In this document: piece after piece, positions 1 to 10,333 of the stretch | Layout: each line of letters starts with the position of its first letter | Numbering within the stretch: position 1 is the first letter of the stretch | Assembly (NCBI GenBank): GCA_903907895.1 | Contig: CAIVPW010000075.1 | Coordinates: 1-55,258, forward strand | Length of the DNA: 55,258 bases | Source of the DNA: an uncultured Alphaproteobacteria bacterium | GTDB lineage: Bacteria > Pseudomonadota > Alphaproteobacteria > UBA2966 > CAIVPW01 | Direction of reading: 5' to 3' | The notes under the pieces: generated by a model | Database searches by the model: none | The model's input: the letters and a program-made list of their open reading frames with translations, nothing else | Told to the model about the DNA's origin: nothing | Translations under genes and position numbers: made by a program

Positions 1-1
1 C

Positions 2-682
2 GTTCTGCAGGATGCCGGCATTGCAGCGGACATCGCTGACGCGGCCGACCTTGAATCGCGTGACGGTGCATTGTGGCACGACGGAAACCGCGTCGACCTC
101 GTCTACAACCGGCTTGTCGATTTCACGCTTGCCGATCCGCGGCACGCTGCGTTGCGGGAGGCCTACGAGCGCCGGACGGTCGTGCTGACGCCGAGCCCGC
201 ATGTGCACGCGGAGCTTGCGGACAAGCGCAACCTCACGTTCCTCTCCGACCCGGACCGCGTGCGGGGCGCCGGACTGAGCGCAGAGCACGTCGCCACGCT
301 GCAGCTCCATGTCCCAGCGACAGTGGAGGTCACGGCGGAGCGCGCGGATGCCCTGTGGGCTGCGCGCAACAAGCTGTTCTTCAAGCCGGCCTCCGGCTAC
401 GGCAGCAAGGCCGTCTATCGCGGTGACAAGCTCACCCGCGCGGCCTGGGCCGGCATTCTCGCCGGTGATTACGTTGCGCAGCAGTTCGTTCCGCCCAGCG
501 AGCGCACGGTTACCGCGGACGGAGCGCTCCACGCGCGCAAGACGGATGTCCGGCTGTACACCTACGATGGTCAGGTGTTGCTGGCGGCAGCGCGCATCTA
601 TCAGGGGCAAACCACCAACTTCCGCACGGTAGGCGGCGGGTTTGCTCCCGTGGTGGTCGTAGGGGAGCCGGTGCCGGCCTGA
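2..682 (+). CDS. ATP-grasp-fold protein, C-terminal part (5' end outside the window)
   Basis: The frame of ORF 71..682 stays open back to base 2, and the listed first codon is an internal TTG. The pattern KPASGYGSKAVY ... YVAQQFV ... DVRLYTY ... TTNFRTVGGGFAPV resembles the C-terminal half of ATP-grasp ligases (glutathionylspermidine-synthase-like or circularly permuted ATP-grasp). The family call is from memory only. Confidence 0.45.
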   Translation, partial: VLQDAGIAADIADAADLESRDGALWHDGNRVDLVYNRLVDFTLADPRHAALREAYERRTVVLTPSPHVHAELADKRNLTFLSDPDRVRGAGLSAEHVATLQLHVPATVEVTAERADALWAARNKLFFKPASGYGSKAVYRGDKLTRAAWAGILAGDYVAQQFVPPSERTVTADGALHARKTDVRLYTYDGQVLLAAARIYQGQTTNFRTVGGGFAPVVVVGEPVPA

Positions 683-689
683 CCGGCAG

Positions 690-1511
690 CTACGCCACCC
701 CTTCGGGATTCGGCTGCCAGCGGAACCGCCACGCGGCAATCACTGCGGCGATGACGCCCCACGCCGCCATGACGGCCAGGTGGTGCAGCATCGCGTACTC
801 CCCCGGCGCGCCGCTCCACGCGAATCCGCTGCCACTCAGGGATGGATTGAACGCGTCGCCGAGCGCATGGGTGAAGTGGCGCAACGGGAACCAGTCGGCG
901 ATCAGCTCGGCCCAGCGTGGCATCTGTACGGTCGGCGGAATAAACACGTCGGAGATGAACGCCAGCGGCAGCAAGGTGGCTGAGGCCACTGCCGGCGCGC
1001 CGGCGCCGTCGCGCAAGAAGGTGGACAGCAGCAACCCAAGCGCGGCCCAGCAGGCCACTCCCACCAGCAACACCAGGATCGCGGCCGGCAGCGTGTGCGC
1101 GAACAGGCGCACGCCGTAGGCGGCCACGCCGATGCCGACCATGATCGCGGTGGCGAAGAAGGCGATGGTCGCGGTGAACAGGAGTCGCCCGGCCAGGTAC
1201 ACCCACGGCGGCATCGGTGTGCCGCGGATGCGCTTCAAGATCCCCTGCTCGCGGCGCGTCACGGTAGAGGCCGACAGATTCACGTACGCTGCATTCACCG
1301 CGCCGTACACGGCGAGAGACGGCGCATAGAATTGCGCCGTGGTGACGCCCAGCGCCGGAATGAGCTCATTGCCGAAGAGGGCGGTGAACACCACCAGCAT
1401 GATGAGCGGGAACACCAGCACGAAGAACGCCGGCGCCACGCTGCGCCAAAAGATGCGGTGGTCGTACACCGTTTGATGCAGGAGCAACGCGAGCGGCGAG
1501 GGGAGCGTCAT
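690..1511 (-). CDS. ABC-2 type transporter permease
   Basis: 273-aa ORF with multiple hydrophobic segments and a DrrB/ABC-2-like layout. Its ATG (1509-1511) overlaps the stop of the upstream ATPase gene (ATGA), indicating translational coupling. Confidence 0.85.
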   Translation of the reverse strand: MTLPSPLALLLHQTVYDHRIFWRSVAPAFFVLVFPLIMLVVFTALFGNELIPALGVTTAQFYAPSLAVYGAVNAAYVNLSASTVTRREQGILKRIRGTPMPPWVYLAGRLLFTATIAFFATAIMVGIGVAAYGVRLFAHTLPAAILVLLVGVACWAALGLLLSTFLRDGAGAPAVASATLLPLAFISDVFIPPTVQMPRWAELIADWFPLRHFTHALGDAFNPSLSGSGFAWSGAPGEYAMLHHLAVMAAWGVIAAVIAAWRFRWQPNPEGVA

Positions 1512-2407
1512 TCGCGCGTCAGCTCCAGGTAGACATCCTCGAGCGTCGGCCGGTCCACCGACAGCTCATCGAGGTCGAGATTGCGCGCCGTCGCCCACGT
1601 CGTGAGATCGCGCAGCAGGGGCACCGGGTCGGCCGTGCGCAGCTCGCACCGCCCGTTTGGGGTGCTGCCCGCGTGCTGCAGCGACGGTGGCAGATCGGCA
1701 AACGCAACGCCCGCCGGCAGGCGGAATCGGATGCGCGCATCCAGCCGGTGGCGATCTCCGAGGGTGTCCGGCGTGCCCTCCGCGACGATGCGCCCCTTGG
1801 CGATCACCGCAATTCGGTCCGCCAGCGCTTGCGCCTCGTCCATGTAATGCGTGGTGAGCAGGATGGTTTTGCCGCCGGCCCGCAACGCGCGCACCAGGTC
1901 CCAAGCCTGACGCCGCGCGCTCGGATCGAAGCCGGTGGTGGGTTCGTCGAGGAACAACAGGTCCGGCTCGCCGACGATCCCAAGGGCGAGCTCCAGCCGG
2001 CGGCGTTGCCCGCCCGACAATGTCTTTACGCGGGTGTGCGCCTTGGACTGGAGGCCCACCAGCGCGATGACGTCCTCGGCGCGGCGCGGCCGAGCGTACA
2101 GCGAGCGATAGTACCTGGTGGTCTCGGCGACCGTCAGCTCATCGTCGAGCCCGCCGTGCTGCAGCACGATGCCGATGCGATCCCGGAACGCCCGCCCGCC
2201 CTGCGCCGGGTCGAAACCAAGCACGCGCACGTCGCCGCCCGCCCGCCCGCGGTGGCCTTCGAGGATTTCGACCAGCGTCGTCTTGCCGGCGCCGTTCGGT
2301 CCCAGAAGGCAGAACACTTCGCCTTCCTCGATCCGCAGCGACACGCCGGCAAGCGCTGTCAGCGCCCCATACTGCTTGGTGACGTTCTCAACGACGACGG
2401 CGGCCAC
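1508..2407 (-). CDS. ABC transporter ATP-binding protein (DrrA-like)
   Basis: Walker A GPNGAGKTT, signature LSGGQRRRL, Walker B LLFLDEPTTGFD. GTG start with GGGGGAG 5 nt upstream. Confidence 0.9.
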   Translation of the reverse strand: MAAVVVENVTKQYGALTALAGVSLRIEEGEVFCLLGPNGAGKTTLVEILEGHRGRAGGDVRVLGFDPAQGGRAFRDRIGIVLQHGGLDDELTVAETTRYYRSLYARPRRAEDVIALVGLQSKAHTRVKTLSGGQRRRLELALGIVGEPDLLFLDEPTTGFDPSARRQAWDLVRALRAGGKTILLTTHYMDEAQALADRIAVIAKGRIVAEGTPDTLGDRHRLDARIRFRLPAGVAFADLPPSLQHAGSTPNGRCELRTADPVPLLRDLTTWATARNLDLDELSVDRPTLEDVYLELTRE

Positions 2408-2482
2408 GATGCTCCCCCGCGGCCGATCCTACCGCGTCATGGCCCGGCTTGCCCCAACCCTCTCGAGCGAGCGCATGCGTAC

Positions 2483-2515
2483 AAAAAAAGGGGAGGGCGA
2501 TTGCTCGCCCCCCCC
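2483..2515 (-). terminator. Intrinsic terminator after the dienelactone hydrolase gene
   Basis: On the minus strand GGGGGGGGCGA-gcaa-TCGCCCTCCCC is followed by TTTTTTT, about 25 nt after the stop at 2540. Confidence 0.7.
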
Positions 2516-2539
2516 GTTGTCGTCGCTCTGATAGCGCGC

Positions 2540-3433
2540 TTAGGCCTTCAGGTTCTCTTTGAAGAACGCCATCGTGCGGTCCCACGCCTGCTTGGCGGAC
2601 GCCTCGTGGAAGCGGGCGGCGTTGGTGTCGTTGTTGAAGGCGTGGTTGGCGCCCTCGTAGATGAACACCTGGACGTTCTTGCCCGCTGCCTTGGCCGCAT
2701 CGGCGTACGCGACGTTGCCGGCGTTGGTGCCGGTGTCGAGCGAGCCGAGTTGGATCATGTGCGGCACCTTCACGTTGGCGGCGTTCGCGTTCCAGCCGTT
2801 GCCGCCGCCGTAGTACGTGACGCCCGCTGCGATGTTGGGCGGGTTTGCCGTCGACGTGATGATGTCGTTTACGCGGCCACCGCCCCAGCAGAAGCCAACG
2901 ACGCCGATCTTGCCGTTCGAATCCGGACGTGCCGCTGCGATCTTGGCGATGTTCTGCACCTCGGCAACCGCCTTTGGCGCCTGCACCTGGCCGAAGATCT
3001 GCGCGGCCGCTTCATCGGTGCCCGGATAGCCGCCGGCCATGCTGAGCAGGTCGACGCCGAGCGCCAAAAAGCCCTCGGTCGCGAAGCGGCGGGTGACGTC
3101 CTCGATGTGCGGGTTCAGGCCGCGATTCTCGTGGATGACGATCACGGTCGGCAGGCGGCCGGTCGCGGCGCGCGGCTTGGCGACCAGGGTCTTCACCTTC
3201 ACGCCGTCGCCGCCGTCGAGTTCGACCTTCTCGGTCGAGATGCGCGGGTCATTGGGCTCGACGATCGCGGCCTTGGCGTAGTTGTTCTCGAGCAGCGGTA
3301 GCAGGGCCGAGGCGGCGACCGTTCCGCCCGCAATCAGCGCCAGGCGATCCAGAAACACGCGGCGCGGCAGCGGGGTGTGCGTGTACTCCTCAAAGAGGTC
3401 GATGTACTTCTGATCCACTTTCACCGGTGCCAT
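2540..3433 (-). CDS. Dienelactone hydrolase family protein with Tat-type signal
   Basis: ATG at 3433 is preceded by GGGAGGAG. The N-terminus RRVFLDRLALIAGGTVAASA looks like a twin-arginine signal. The body has VIVIHENRGLNPHIEDVTRR and the nucleophile elbow GFCWGG. The ORF-track start at 3607 is an in-frame upstream extension. Confidence 0.85.
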   Translation of the reverse strand: MAPVKVDQKYIDLFEEYTHTPLPRRVFLDRLALIAGGTVAASALLPLLENNYAKAAIVEPNDPRISTEKVELDGGDGVKVKTLVAKPRAATGRLPTVIVIHENRGLNPHIEDVTRRFATEGFLALGVDLLSMAGGYPGTDEAAAQIFGQVQAPKAVAEVQNIAKIAAARPDSNGKIGVVGFCWGGGRVNDIITSTANPPNIAAGVTYYGGGNGWNANAANVKVPHMIQLGSLDTGTNAGNVAYADAAKAAGKNVQVFIYEGANHAFNNDTNAARFHEASAKQAWDRTMAFFKENLKA

Positions 3434-3666
3434 AGGTTCTCCTCCCGACAGGCATAGGGCCGCGCGCGGATGCGCGGCCTGCCTTGGAACCCGGAACGGT
3501 AGCCGGACGGGCCTAGCCAAGCGATCACAAGTTTGCCAACACTGGAGCGATTCAACAGTTCTTTCGGCGGTGATTATTGGCCGGACGAAAGACGCTTCGG
3601 TCTGCACTTGCCGGTTCGGTCCGGCGGGCGGACCATGAGACCAACCCCAGAGGGAGGGGGTATGTG

Positions 3667-4971
3667 ATGAGCAAAAAGAGTGAGGTGGCGCATCCTCTGG
3701 ATGGCGCCGAGCCGGTGGCGGGAAACGGCTTGCTGCATCGGCGGCTTTTCCTGCGCGGTGGTGCGCTGTTCACCGGCGCGACCGCGTTGACGGGCATCGC
3801 GGGCGTTGGGGCTGCTCAGGCCGCCGACTATCCGGCGTGGCGCAAGGAGCCAGGCCGGCCGTTCGTCGCCTATGGCACACCGTCCAAGTTCGAGTCTGAC
3901 ACCCAGCGCATCGTGACGGTGCGCGCACCGGGCTACCCCACAGCGGGCGCCGGCTCTTCGCGCACGCCGCTGCAACTCCTGGAAGGCATCATCACACCGA
4001 GCGGCCTGCACTTCGAGCGCAGCCACAACGGCGTTCCTGACATCGATCCGGCGCAGCACAAGCTGCTGGTGCACGGGCTGGTCAAGCAACCGCTGGTGTT
4101 CACGCTCGAAGCCCTGGATCGTTATCCGCGCAAGTCGGCGATCCACTTCGTCGAATGCTCCGGCAACTCGGGCGGCGGCTGGGGTTTGAACCCGCCGGTT
4201 GGTCCGGTTGGCACCATGCACGGCTTGGTGTCGTGCTCCGAGTGGTCGGGCGTGCCGCTCGCTTACCTATTGGATGAAGCGGGCATCGATCCAAAGGCAA
4301 AGTGGATTTTGGCCGAGGGCGCCGATGCCGCGGGTATGAGTCGCAGCGTTCCCCTGTCCAAGTGCCTCGATGACGCGATGGTCGCACTCTTCCAGAACGG
4401 CGAGCGCGTCCGGCCCGAGCAGGGCTATCCGATGCGTCTGTTGCTGCCGGGCTGGGAAGGCAACATGAACGTCAAATGGTTGACGCGCATCAAGGTCACC
4501 GAGGGCCCGACGCACACCAAGGACGAGACCTCGAAGTACACCGAGCTGATGCCGGACGGCAAAGCGCTACAGTTCACATTCCCGATGGGCGTGAAGTCCA
4601 CCATTACGCGCCCGTCGGAAGGCGTGAACATGCAAGGACCCGGCTACTACGAGATCGCCGGCTTTGCCTGGTCTGGCAACGGCAAGATCGCGCGTGTCGA
4701 CGTCTCGGCCGACGGCGGCCAGTCCTGGGCGCCCGCCGCGCTGCAGGATCCGGTGTTCCCCAAGGCGCTCACGCGCTTCCGCATCCCTTGGGAGTGGAAG
4801 GGCGGGCCCGGCATCGTGCTGCAGAGCCGCGCGGTGGATGAAACCGGTGCGGTGCAGCCGACGCGCGACAAGCTCATTGAAGAGCGCGGCATCAAGAACG
4901 CGTACCACTACAACGGCATCACCAGTTGGGAGGTCCGCGAAAGCGGGCTGGTCAAGAATGTTTGGGCGTAA
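3667..4971 (+). CDS. sorA: Sulfite dehydrogenase, molybdopterin-binding subunit (SorA-type)
   Basis: ATG 3667 follows GAGGGAGGGGG. Tat signal HRRLFLRGGALFTGATALTGIAGVGAAQA. Sulfite-oxidase-family Mo domain with the FVECSGNSG cysteine, plus a C-terminal dimerisation domain. Confidence 0.85.
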   Translation: MSKKSEVAHPLDGAEPVAGNGLLHRRLFLRGGALFTGATALTGIAGVGAAQAADYPAWRKEPGRPFVAYGTPSKFESDTQRIVTVRAPGYPTAGAGSSRTPLQLLEGIITPSGLHFERSHNGVPDIDPAQHKLLVHGLVKQPLVFTLEALDRYPRKSAIHFVECSGNSGGGWGLNPPVGPVGTMHGLVSCSEWSGVPLAYLLDEAGIDPKAKWILAEGADAAGMSRSVPLSKCLDDAMVALFQNGERVRPEQGYPMRLLLPGWEGNMNVKWLTRIKVTEGPTHTKDETSKYTELMPDGKALQFTFPMGVKSTITRPSEGVNMQGPGYYEIAGFAWSGNGKIARVDVSADGGQSWAPAALQDPVFPKALTRFRIPWEWKGGPGIVLQSRAVDETGAVQPTRDKLIEERGIKNAYHYNGITSWEVRESGLVKNVWA

Positions 4972-5512
4972 GCGCGTAGCTGCTGCAGCCGCCGTGGCGC
5001 TGGCCTGTGTCGCGGGCACGGCACTCGCCGTCGATCCACCCAAGCTTGGCCAGCGCGCGCCGGCCGACCTGCTTGCGCTGATGGACAAGAGCATCCCGCC
5101 GGACGGCACCGGCCTGCCGCCCGGGCAGGGAACGCCGGTACAGGGTCAGGCGGTGTTCCTGGAGAAGTGCGCCGTTTGCCACGGTCCGCGCGGCGAAGGC
5201 TTGACGAACGACCGCCTGGTCGGCGGCGAGGGCACCCTCACCCAGGAGATCACGGCCAAGACGGTCGGCAGCTTCTGGCCCTATGCCACAACGCTGTTCG
5301 ACTACATCCGCCGCGCCATGCCGTACGACGCGCCGACGTCGCTGAAGGACGATGAGGTGTACGCGACGGCCGCCTACATCCTGGCCCTCAACGGCATCAT
5401 CAAGGAAACGGATACCTTGAATGCCGAGACGTTGATGAAGGTGAAAATGCCGAACGCCGACGGCTTCATCAATCAGTGGGTGGAGCCGGCCCCAAAGGCA
5501 GCGGCACGCTAA
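4958..5512 (+). CDS. sorB: Sulfite dehydrogenase cytochrome c subunit (SorB-type)
   Basis: ATG 4958 overlaps the sorA 3' end by 14 nt. Signal peptide AAAAVALACVAGTALA and a single haem-c motif CAVCH. Confidence 0.8.
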   Translation: MFGRKRVAAAAAVALACVAGTALAVDPPKLGQRAPADLLALMDKSIPPDGTGLPPGQGTPVQGQAVFLEKCAVCHGPRGEGLTNDRLVGGEGTLTQEITAKTVGSFWPYATTLFDYIRRAMPYDAPTSLKDDEVYATAAYILALNGIIKETDTLNAETLMKVKMPNADGFINQWVEPAPKAAAR

Positions 5513-5526
5513 CCAACAGAAAAGAA

Positions 5527-5562
5527 GGGGCGCGCCGAGGCTTCGAAGGCACGGCGCGCCCC
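5527..5562. terminator. GC-rich hairpin, possible bidirectional terminator between sorB and nrdJ
   Basis: GGGGCGCGCCG (5527-5537) pairs with CGGCGCGCCCC (5552-5562). On the minus strand it is followed by TTCTTTTCTGTT. The run on the plus strand is weak. Confidence 0.55.
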
Positions 5563-5803
5563 AGTTGGTCAGGGAGGATCTACCACAGGGACCACACAAC
5601 GCGCGGGCGGGAGCACACCTCTGCCGTGAAGAGGGTGCAGCGTCCGTCCGCATCCGCCGCTGGCTGGGCGGCGGAGGGGGATTCTGTTTGGCGCGCCGAA
5701 CGGGCGGGCAATCGTCTCGGTGCGCCGTCCCTCCGCCGGCCCGATCTTGGCGGCGAGCGCCGCGCCCATCGGAAACCGGGGAGGAACGGACTGCATCAGG
5801 TCC

Positions 5804-8800
5804 TCAGGAGCAACCGGTGGTGCCGCCGCAGGTAACGCACTTCAAGCACGTGCCGTTGCGCACCAGCGTGAAGTTGCCGCACTCGCCGCACGCGTCGCCC
5901 TCGTAGCCCTTCACTTTGGCTTCGATGCGCCGCATCGTGACGCCGACGGCTTCTGCTTCCGCACCGCCGCCTGCCGCGATCGCGACCGCTGCGGTGGAGG
6001 AGGCGTAGGCCGCAGCACCGCCCGCCGCTGCCATCGCAACCGGCTCGCGCGCGAGCGCGCGGGCCTCGGTCGCCGGCATCTTGGCGGTCGAGATCAGGTG
6101 CAGCTTGGCGCCGCGCACGTAGCCGTTGCTCGCCAAGTCGATACGCGGCGTCTCGCCGACGGCCTGTGCGCGCTGCTCGTTCTCGCCGCCGCCCACTGCA
6201 TCGGGACGCAGCGTTTCCGGATTCACGTGCGCGAGGTCGGTGCGGTTGAGGTACGACACCGCGAGCTCGCGGAACACGTAGTCGATCAGCGACGTCGCCA
6301 TCTTGATGGCGTCATTGCCCTCGACCATGCCGGACGGCTCGAAGCGCACGAAGGTGAACGCATCGACGAACTCTTCGAGCGGCACGCCGTATTGCAGGCC
6401 GATCGACACCGCGATGGCGAAGTTGTTCATCAAGCTGCGGAAGGCGGCGCCTTCCTTGTGCATATCGATGAACATCTCACCGAGCGTGCCGTCGTCGTAC
6501 TCGCCGGTGCGCAGGTACACCTTATGGCCGCCCACCGTGGCCTTCTGGGTGTAGCCCTTGCGACGCGCGGGGAGGCGCTTGCGGCGGGCGACGTACACCT
6601 CGGCCATCTTCTCGGCGGCAGCGCGCACGCGCTCCGCCATGGCGGGCGCCTGGGGCGCAGCAGTCGCCGCGACGGGTGGGGTGGCTTCCTCCTCGTCGTC
6701 GGCGACATCGGCCCCAGCGATGGAGGCCGCTAGCGGCTGGCTCAGCTTCGAGCCATCGCGATAGAGCGCGTTGGCCTTCAGCGCCAGCTTCCACGACATC
6801 ATGTACGCGTCGTGGCAATCCTGAACGGTTGCCGAATTCGGCATGTTGATGGTCTTCGAGATCGCGCCCGAGACGAACGGCTGGGCAGCGGCCATCGCCA
6901 GGATGTGGCTCTCCCAGCTCAGAGCGCGCGTGCCGCGCGTGCCGCACGGCGTGGCGCAGTCGAACACCGGCAGGTGCTCCGGCTTCAGCAGCGGCGCGCC
7001 CTCGAGGGTCATGGTGCCGCAGCAGTACAGGTTCGCAGCATCGATTTCCTTCGCCGTGAAGCCCATGTGGGTCAGCACATCGAAGGTGGGATCGGCAAGG
7101 CGGGCCGGATCGACGCCAAGCGTCTTGGTGAGGAACGCTTCGCCGAGCGTGTACTTGTTGAAGGCGAAGCGGATGTCGAACGCGTTGGACAGGACCTGCT
7201 CGACCGCATCGATCGAGTCGTGCAGGAAGCCGCGCGACATCAACACCTGGTGGTTGATGTGCGGCGCCCCATCGAGGGTGCCGTGACCGACCGCATAGGT
7301 GACGATGGCGTCGGCGGTCTTCTTGTCGTAGCCGAGCGTCTGCAATGCGAGGGGCACGCAGCGGTTGATGATGCGGAAATAGCCGCCGCCGGCGAGCTTC
7401 TTGAACTTCACCAGGGCGAAGTCGGGCTCGATGCCGGTGGTGTCGCAGTCCATGACCAGGCCGATCGTGCCGGTCGGCGCGATGCAGGTGGTCTGGGCGT
7501 TGCGGAAGCCGTTCTTGGTGCCGAGCGTGAGCGCGCGCTTCCACGATTCGCGCGCGGCATCGACCAGTGGTTTGTCCTTGCAGTTGTCGGCGTCCATCGC
7601 CACCGGATCGACGTGCAGCGTTTCGTACGCGCCATGCAGGGCGCCGGCGGCGCGCGCGTGGTTGCGGATGACGCGCAGCATGTGGTGGCGGTTGTCCTCG
7701 AAGCCCGCAAAGGCGCCGCGCTCGCCAGCCATCTCGGCCGACGTCGCATAGGACATGCCCGTCATGAGCGAGGTGATGGCGCCGCAAATGGCGCGGCCTT
7801 CGGCCGAGTCATACGGAATGCCGGAGGCCATCAGGTACCCGCCGAGGTTGGCGTAGCCCAGGCCGAGCGTGCGGTAATAGAAGGAGAGCTCGGCGATCCG
7901 GCGCGACGGGAATTGCGCCATCATCACCGAGATTTCCAGCACCAGGGTCCACAGGCGCACCGCATGGGCGAACGCCGCGGCATCGAGCGTGCTGTCGTCG
8001 CGGCGGAACGTCATCAGGTTCAGCGACGCGAGGTTGCACGCCGTGTCGTCGAGGAACATGTACTCGGAGCACGGGTTCGACGCGCGAATCTCGCCGCCGG
8101 CAGGACAGGTGTGCCAGTCGTTGATGGTGGTGTGGAACTGCACGCCGGGATCGGCCGACTGCCATGCAGCCTCGGCCACCTTCTCCCACAGCTCGCGTGC
8201 CTTCAGCGTCTTGTGCACCTTGCCGTTGGTGCGGCGGGTGAGATTCCAGTCCTTGTCGCCGAGGACGGCGTTCAAGAACTCGTCGGAAACGCGCACGGTG
8301 TTGTTGGCGTTCTGGCCGGAGACAGTGAAGTACGCCTCGCCGTCCCAGTCGGTGTCGTAGGTCGGGAACTCGATCGTGTCGTAGCCCTGCTTGGCGAAGT
8401 CGATGGTGCGCTGGACGTAGTTCTCGGGAACCATTGCCTGGCGCGCGGCGCGGATCGCCTTCTTGAGCTCGGGGTTATCGCTCGGCTTGAAGCGACCATC
8501 GCCTTCAACCGCCTTGCACGCCTTCAGAATGGCGTTCAGGTGCTTGTTGTTGACGCGGGAACCGGTAACGAGGTTCGCGACCTTCTGCTCCTCGACCACC
8601 TTCCAGTCGATGAATTCCTCGATATCGGGATGGTCCATGTCGACCACGACCATCTTGGCGGCGCGGCGCGTGGTGCCGCCCGACTTGATGGCGCCCGCCG
8701 CGCGGTCGCCGATCTTGAGGAAGCTCATCAGGCCCGACGACTTGCCGCCGCCGGAAAGCTTTTCGTTGCCGCCGCGCAGGCGCGAGAAATTGGAGCCGGT

Positions 8801-9490
8801 GCCGGAGCCGTACTTGAACAGCCGCGCTTCGCGCAGCCACAGGTCCATGATGCCGCCGTCCTCGACCAGGTTGTCGTCGATGCCCTGGATGAAGCAGGCG
8901 TGCGGCTGCGGGTGCTCGTAGGCGTTGGAGGAGCGGCACATCTCACCGGTGCGCCAGTCGACGTAGTAGTGACCCTGGGCCGGGCCCTCGATGCCATAGG
9001 CCCAATGGATGCCGGTGTTGAACCACTGCGGCGAATTCGGCGCGGCCATTTGGGCGGCGAGCATGTAGCGCTGCTCGTCGAAGAACGCGCGCGCGTCTTC
9101 TTCGGAGTCGAAGTAGCCGCCCTTCCAGCCCCAATACGTCCACGTACCGGCGAGGCGCTCGAACACCTGGCGAGCATCGGACTCACCGGTGGTGCGCTCT
9201 TTCTCGGGGAATTGGGCGAGGGCGGCGGTGTCGGCGGTCTTGCGCCACAGCCACGACGGCACGTCGTTCTCTTCGACGGCCTTCAGCAGAACGGGAAGGC
9301 CGGCGCGGCGGAAGTACTTCTGCGCCAGCACGTCGGCGGCAACCTGGCTCCACTGCTCGGGCACCGCGAAGGCGTCGAGCTTGAAGACCGTGGAACCGTC
9401 GGGGTTACGAATCTCGCTGTTGGCGGATCGGAAGGGAATCCGGGCATAGGGGTCCTGGCCGGATTCCGTGAAGTGACGCTGGATACGCAT
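5804..9490 (-). CDS. nrdJ: Vitamin B12-dependent (class II) ribonucleotide reductase
   Basis: ATG 9490 ([20 protein letters not shown]), 1228 aa. Radical-cysteine motif SNPCSEY. C-terminal Cys-rich tail [28 protein letters not shown]. The length is typical of alphaproteobacterial NrdJ. Confidence 0.95.
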   Translation of the reverse strand: MRIQRHFTESGQDPYARIPFRSANSEIRNPDGSTVFKLDAFAVPEQWSQVAADVLAQKYFRRAGLPVLLKAVEENDVPSWLWRKTADTAALAQFPEKERTTGESDARQVFERLAGTWTYWGWKGGYFDSEEDARAFFDEQRYMLAAQMAAPNSPQWFNTGIHWAYGIEGPAQGHYYVDWRTGEMCRSSNAYEHPQPHACFIQGIDDNLVEDGGIMDLWLREARLFKYGSGTGSNFSRLRGGNEKLSGGGKSSGLMSFLKIGDRAAGAIKSGGTTRRAAKMVVVDMDHPDIEEFIDWKVVEEQKVANLVTGSRVNNKHLNAILKACKAVEGDGRFKPSDNPELKKAIRAARQAMVPENYVQRTIDFAKQGYDTIEFPTYDTDWDGEAYFTVSGQNANNTVRVSDEFLNAVLGDKDWNLTRRTNGKVHKTLKARELWEKVAEAAWQSADPGVQFHTTINDWHTCPAGGEIRASNPCSEYMFLDDTACNLASLNLMTFRRDDSTLDAAAFAHAVRLWTLVLEISVMMAQFPSRRIAELSFYYRTLGLGYANLGGYLMASGIPYDSAEGRAICGAITSLMTGMSYATSAEMAGERGAFAGFEDNRHHMLRVIRNHARAAGALHGAYETLHVDPVAMDADNCKDKPLVDAARESWKRALTLGTKNGFRNAQTTCIAPTGTIGLVMDCDTTGIEPDFALVKFKKLAGGGYFRIINRCVPLALQTLGYDKKTADAIVTYAVGHGTLDGAPHINHQVLMSRGFLHDSIDAVEQVLSNAFDIRFAFNKYTLGEAFLTKTLGVDPARLADPTFDVLTHMGFTAKEIDAANLYCCGTMTLEGAPLLKPEHLPVFDCATPCGTRGTRALSWESHILAMAAAQPFVSGAISKTINMPNSATVQDCHDAYMMSWKLALKANALYRDGSKLSQPLAASIAGADVADDEEEATPPVAATAAPQAPAMAERVRAAAEKMAEVYVARRKRLPARRKGYTQKATVGGHKVYLRTGEYDDGTLGEMFIDMHKEGAAFRSLMNNFAIAVSIGLQYGVPLEEFVDAFTFVRFEPSGMVEGNDAIKMATSLIDYVFRELAVSYLNRTDLAHVNPETLRPDAVGGGENEQRAQAVGETPRIDLASNGYVRGAKLHLISTAKMPATEARALAREPVAMAAAGGAAAYASSTAAVAIAAGGGAEAEAVGVTMRRIEAKVKGYEGDACGECGNFTLVRNGTCLKCVTCGGTTGCS

Positions 9491-9624
9491 GGTTCGAAGT
9501 CCCCCAGAGACTAAATATGGTGCGCAATAACACACCGCTCGCTAGGGGTAGGATCAACCAAGGCCTAGTAGGGAGTCAATCCGCTACAACAACATACTGT
9601 GTTTGCGCACCACAGAAGCGGTGA

Positions 9625-9966
9625 CTAGGCGGTTTCCGGCCGCAGGGTCAGGCGAACGGTTCCGAACGCCGTCGTGGCGTCGACGGGGGTGCCGAGCTCC
9701 TCGCCCCGCATCCGCGCTTCGTAGCGGACCAACTCGAAGCCGGCGCGCGCGCGCGGGTCGGTGACCAACGTCTTGCCGGGCCGTACGAGGATTTCGCCGC
9801 AGAAGGTGTTGATCCCGGTGGCCGGATCGTATTCGTGCGTGCCGTCGTAGGTGTTGCCGTTGGCGTCGCGCGCCACCATCCGGCCGTTGTGCAGGGTGAC
9901 CCATAGGATCCCGGTGCCAAACTCGCCTTCGAACACTCCGCCGTATTTTCCGTCCGGCACGCGCAT
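9625..9966 (-). CDS. Small hypothetical protein, possibly GrlR-like lipocalin-fold
   Basis: 113-aa ORF with an ATG start and GC-rich third positions. The pattern GKYGGVFEGEFGTGILWVTLHNGRMVARDANGNTYDGT resembles the GrlR-like beta-barrel family. The assignment is weak. Confidence 0.5.
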   Translation of the reverse strand: MRVPDGKYGGVFEGEFGTGILWVTLHNGRMVARDANGNTYDGTHEYDPATGINTFCGEILVRPGKTLVTDPRARAGFELVRYEARMRGEELGTPVDATTAFGTVRLTLRPETA

Positions 9967-10214
9967 TGGATTTGCTCTCTGCAGGCAGCGTTCGCTGCCG
10001 GGCGACCAGGCGGAAGGACAGGATCAAGAACCGACCGCGCTGCTAGTGCGGCTTGCGCAGGCGAAATTCTTAACTGGCCTGCGGTGAGGAGACGCTCACG
10101 GCCGGTTGTCGTCCCGTGCCTTCCGCTCGGTGCCGGCTCCATCCACAGCGTGTGCTTGGGGCCGCGAGAGGCACGAACTCTAGTGTGGGCCGGAAAAAAC
10201 GGTCAACCATATTT

Positions 10215-10241
10215 TGTGTGGCATTTGTGATTATCCACACA
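10215..10241. promoter_or_regulatory. Inverted repeat TGTGTGG-N13-CCACACA containing a perfect DnaA-box 9-mer (TTATCCACA, 10231-10239)
   Basis: Read directly in an AT-rich island inside the 367-bp divergent intergenic region between the small hypothetical gene and the NDUFA12-like gene. Confidence 0.35.
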
Positions 10242-10333
10242 ATCTTGTTTGTGCGCGCCTCAGGCGCGCGGCTGGACGTTTCCCCAACGCGGGTGCCATA
10301 GTCCGACCCGAATTTGGGAGCAGAGTCAGGCGG

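Noticed and set aside
5804-9490. Possible intein in NrdJ, suggested by the very long ORF.
   Set aside because: 1228 aa is the normal size for alphaproteobacterial class II RNR. I saw no intein block motifs and no discontinuity around the active-site regions.
5563-9624. Cobalamin riboswitch around nrdJ (leader 9491-9624 or the downstream region).
   Set aside because: Neither strand contains a B12-box-like GCCACTG core or a conserved AGGGAA...GGTG context. B12 riboswitches are also expected on B12-independent isozymes, not on nrdJ.
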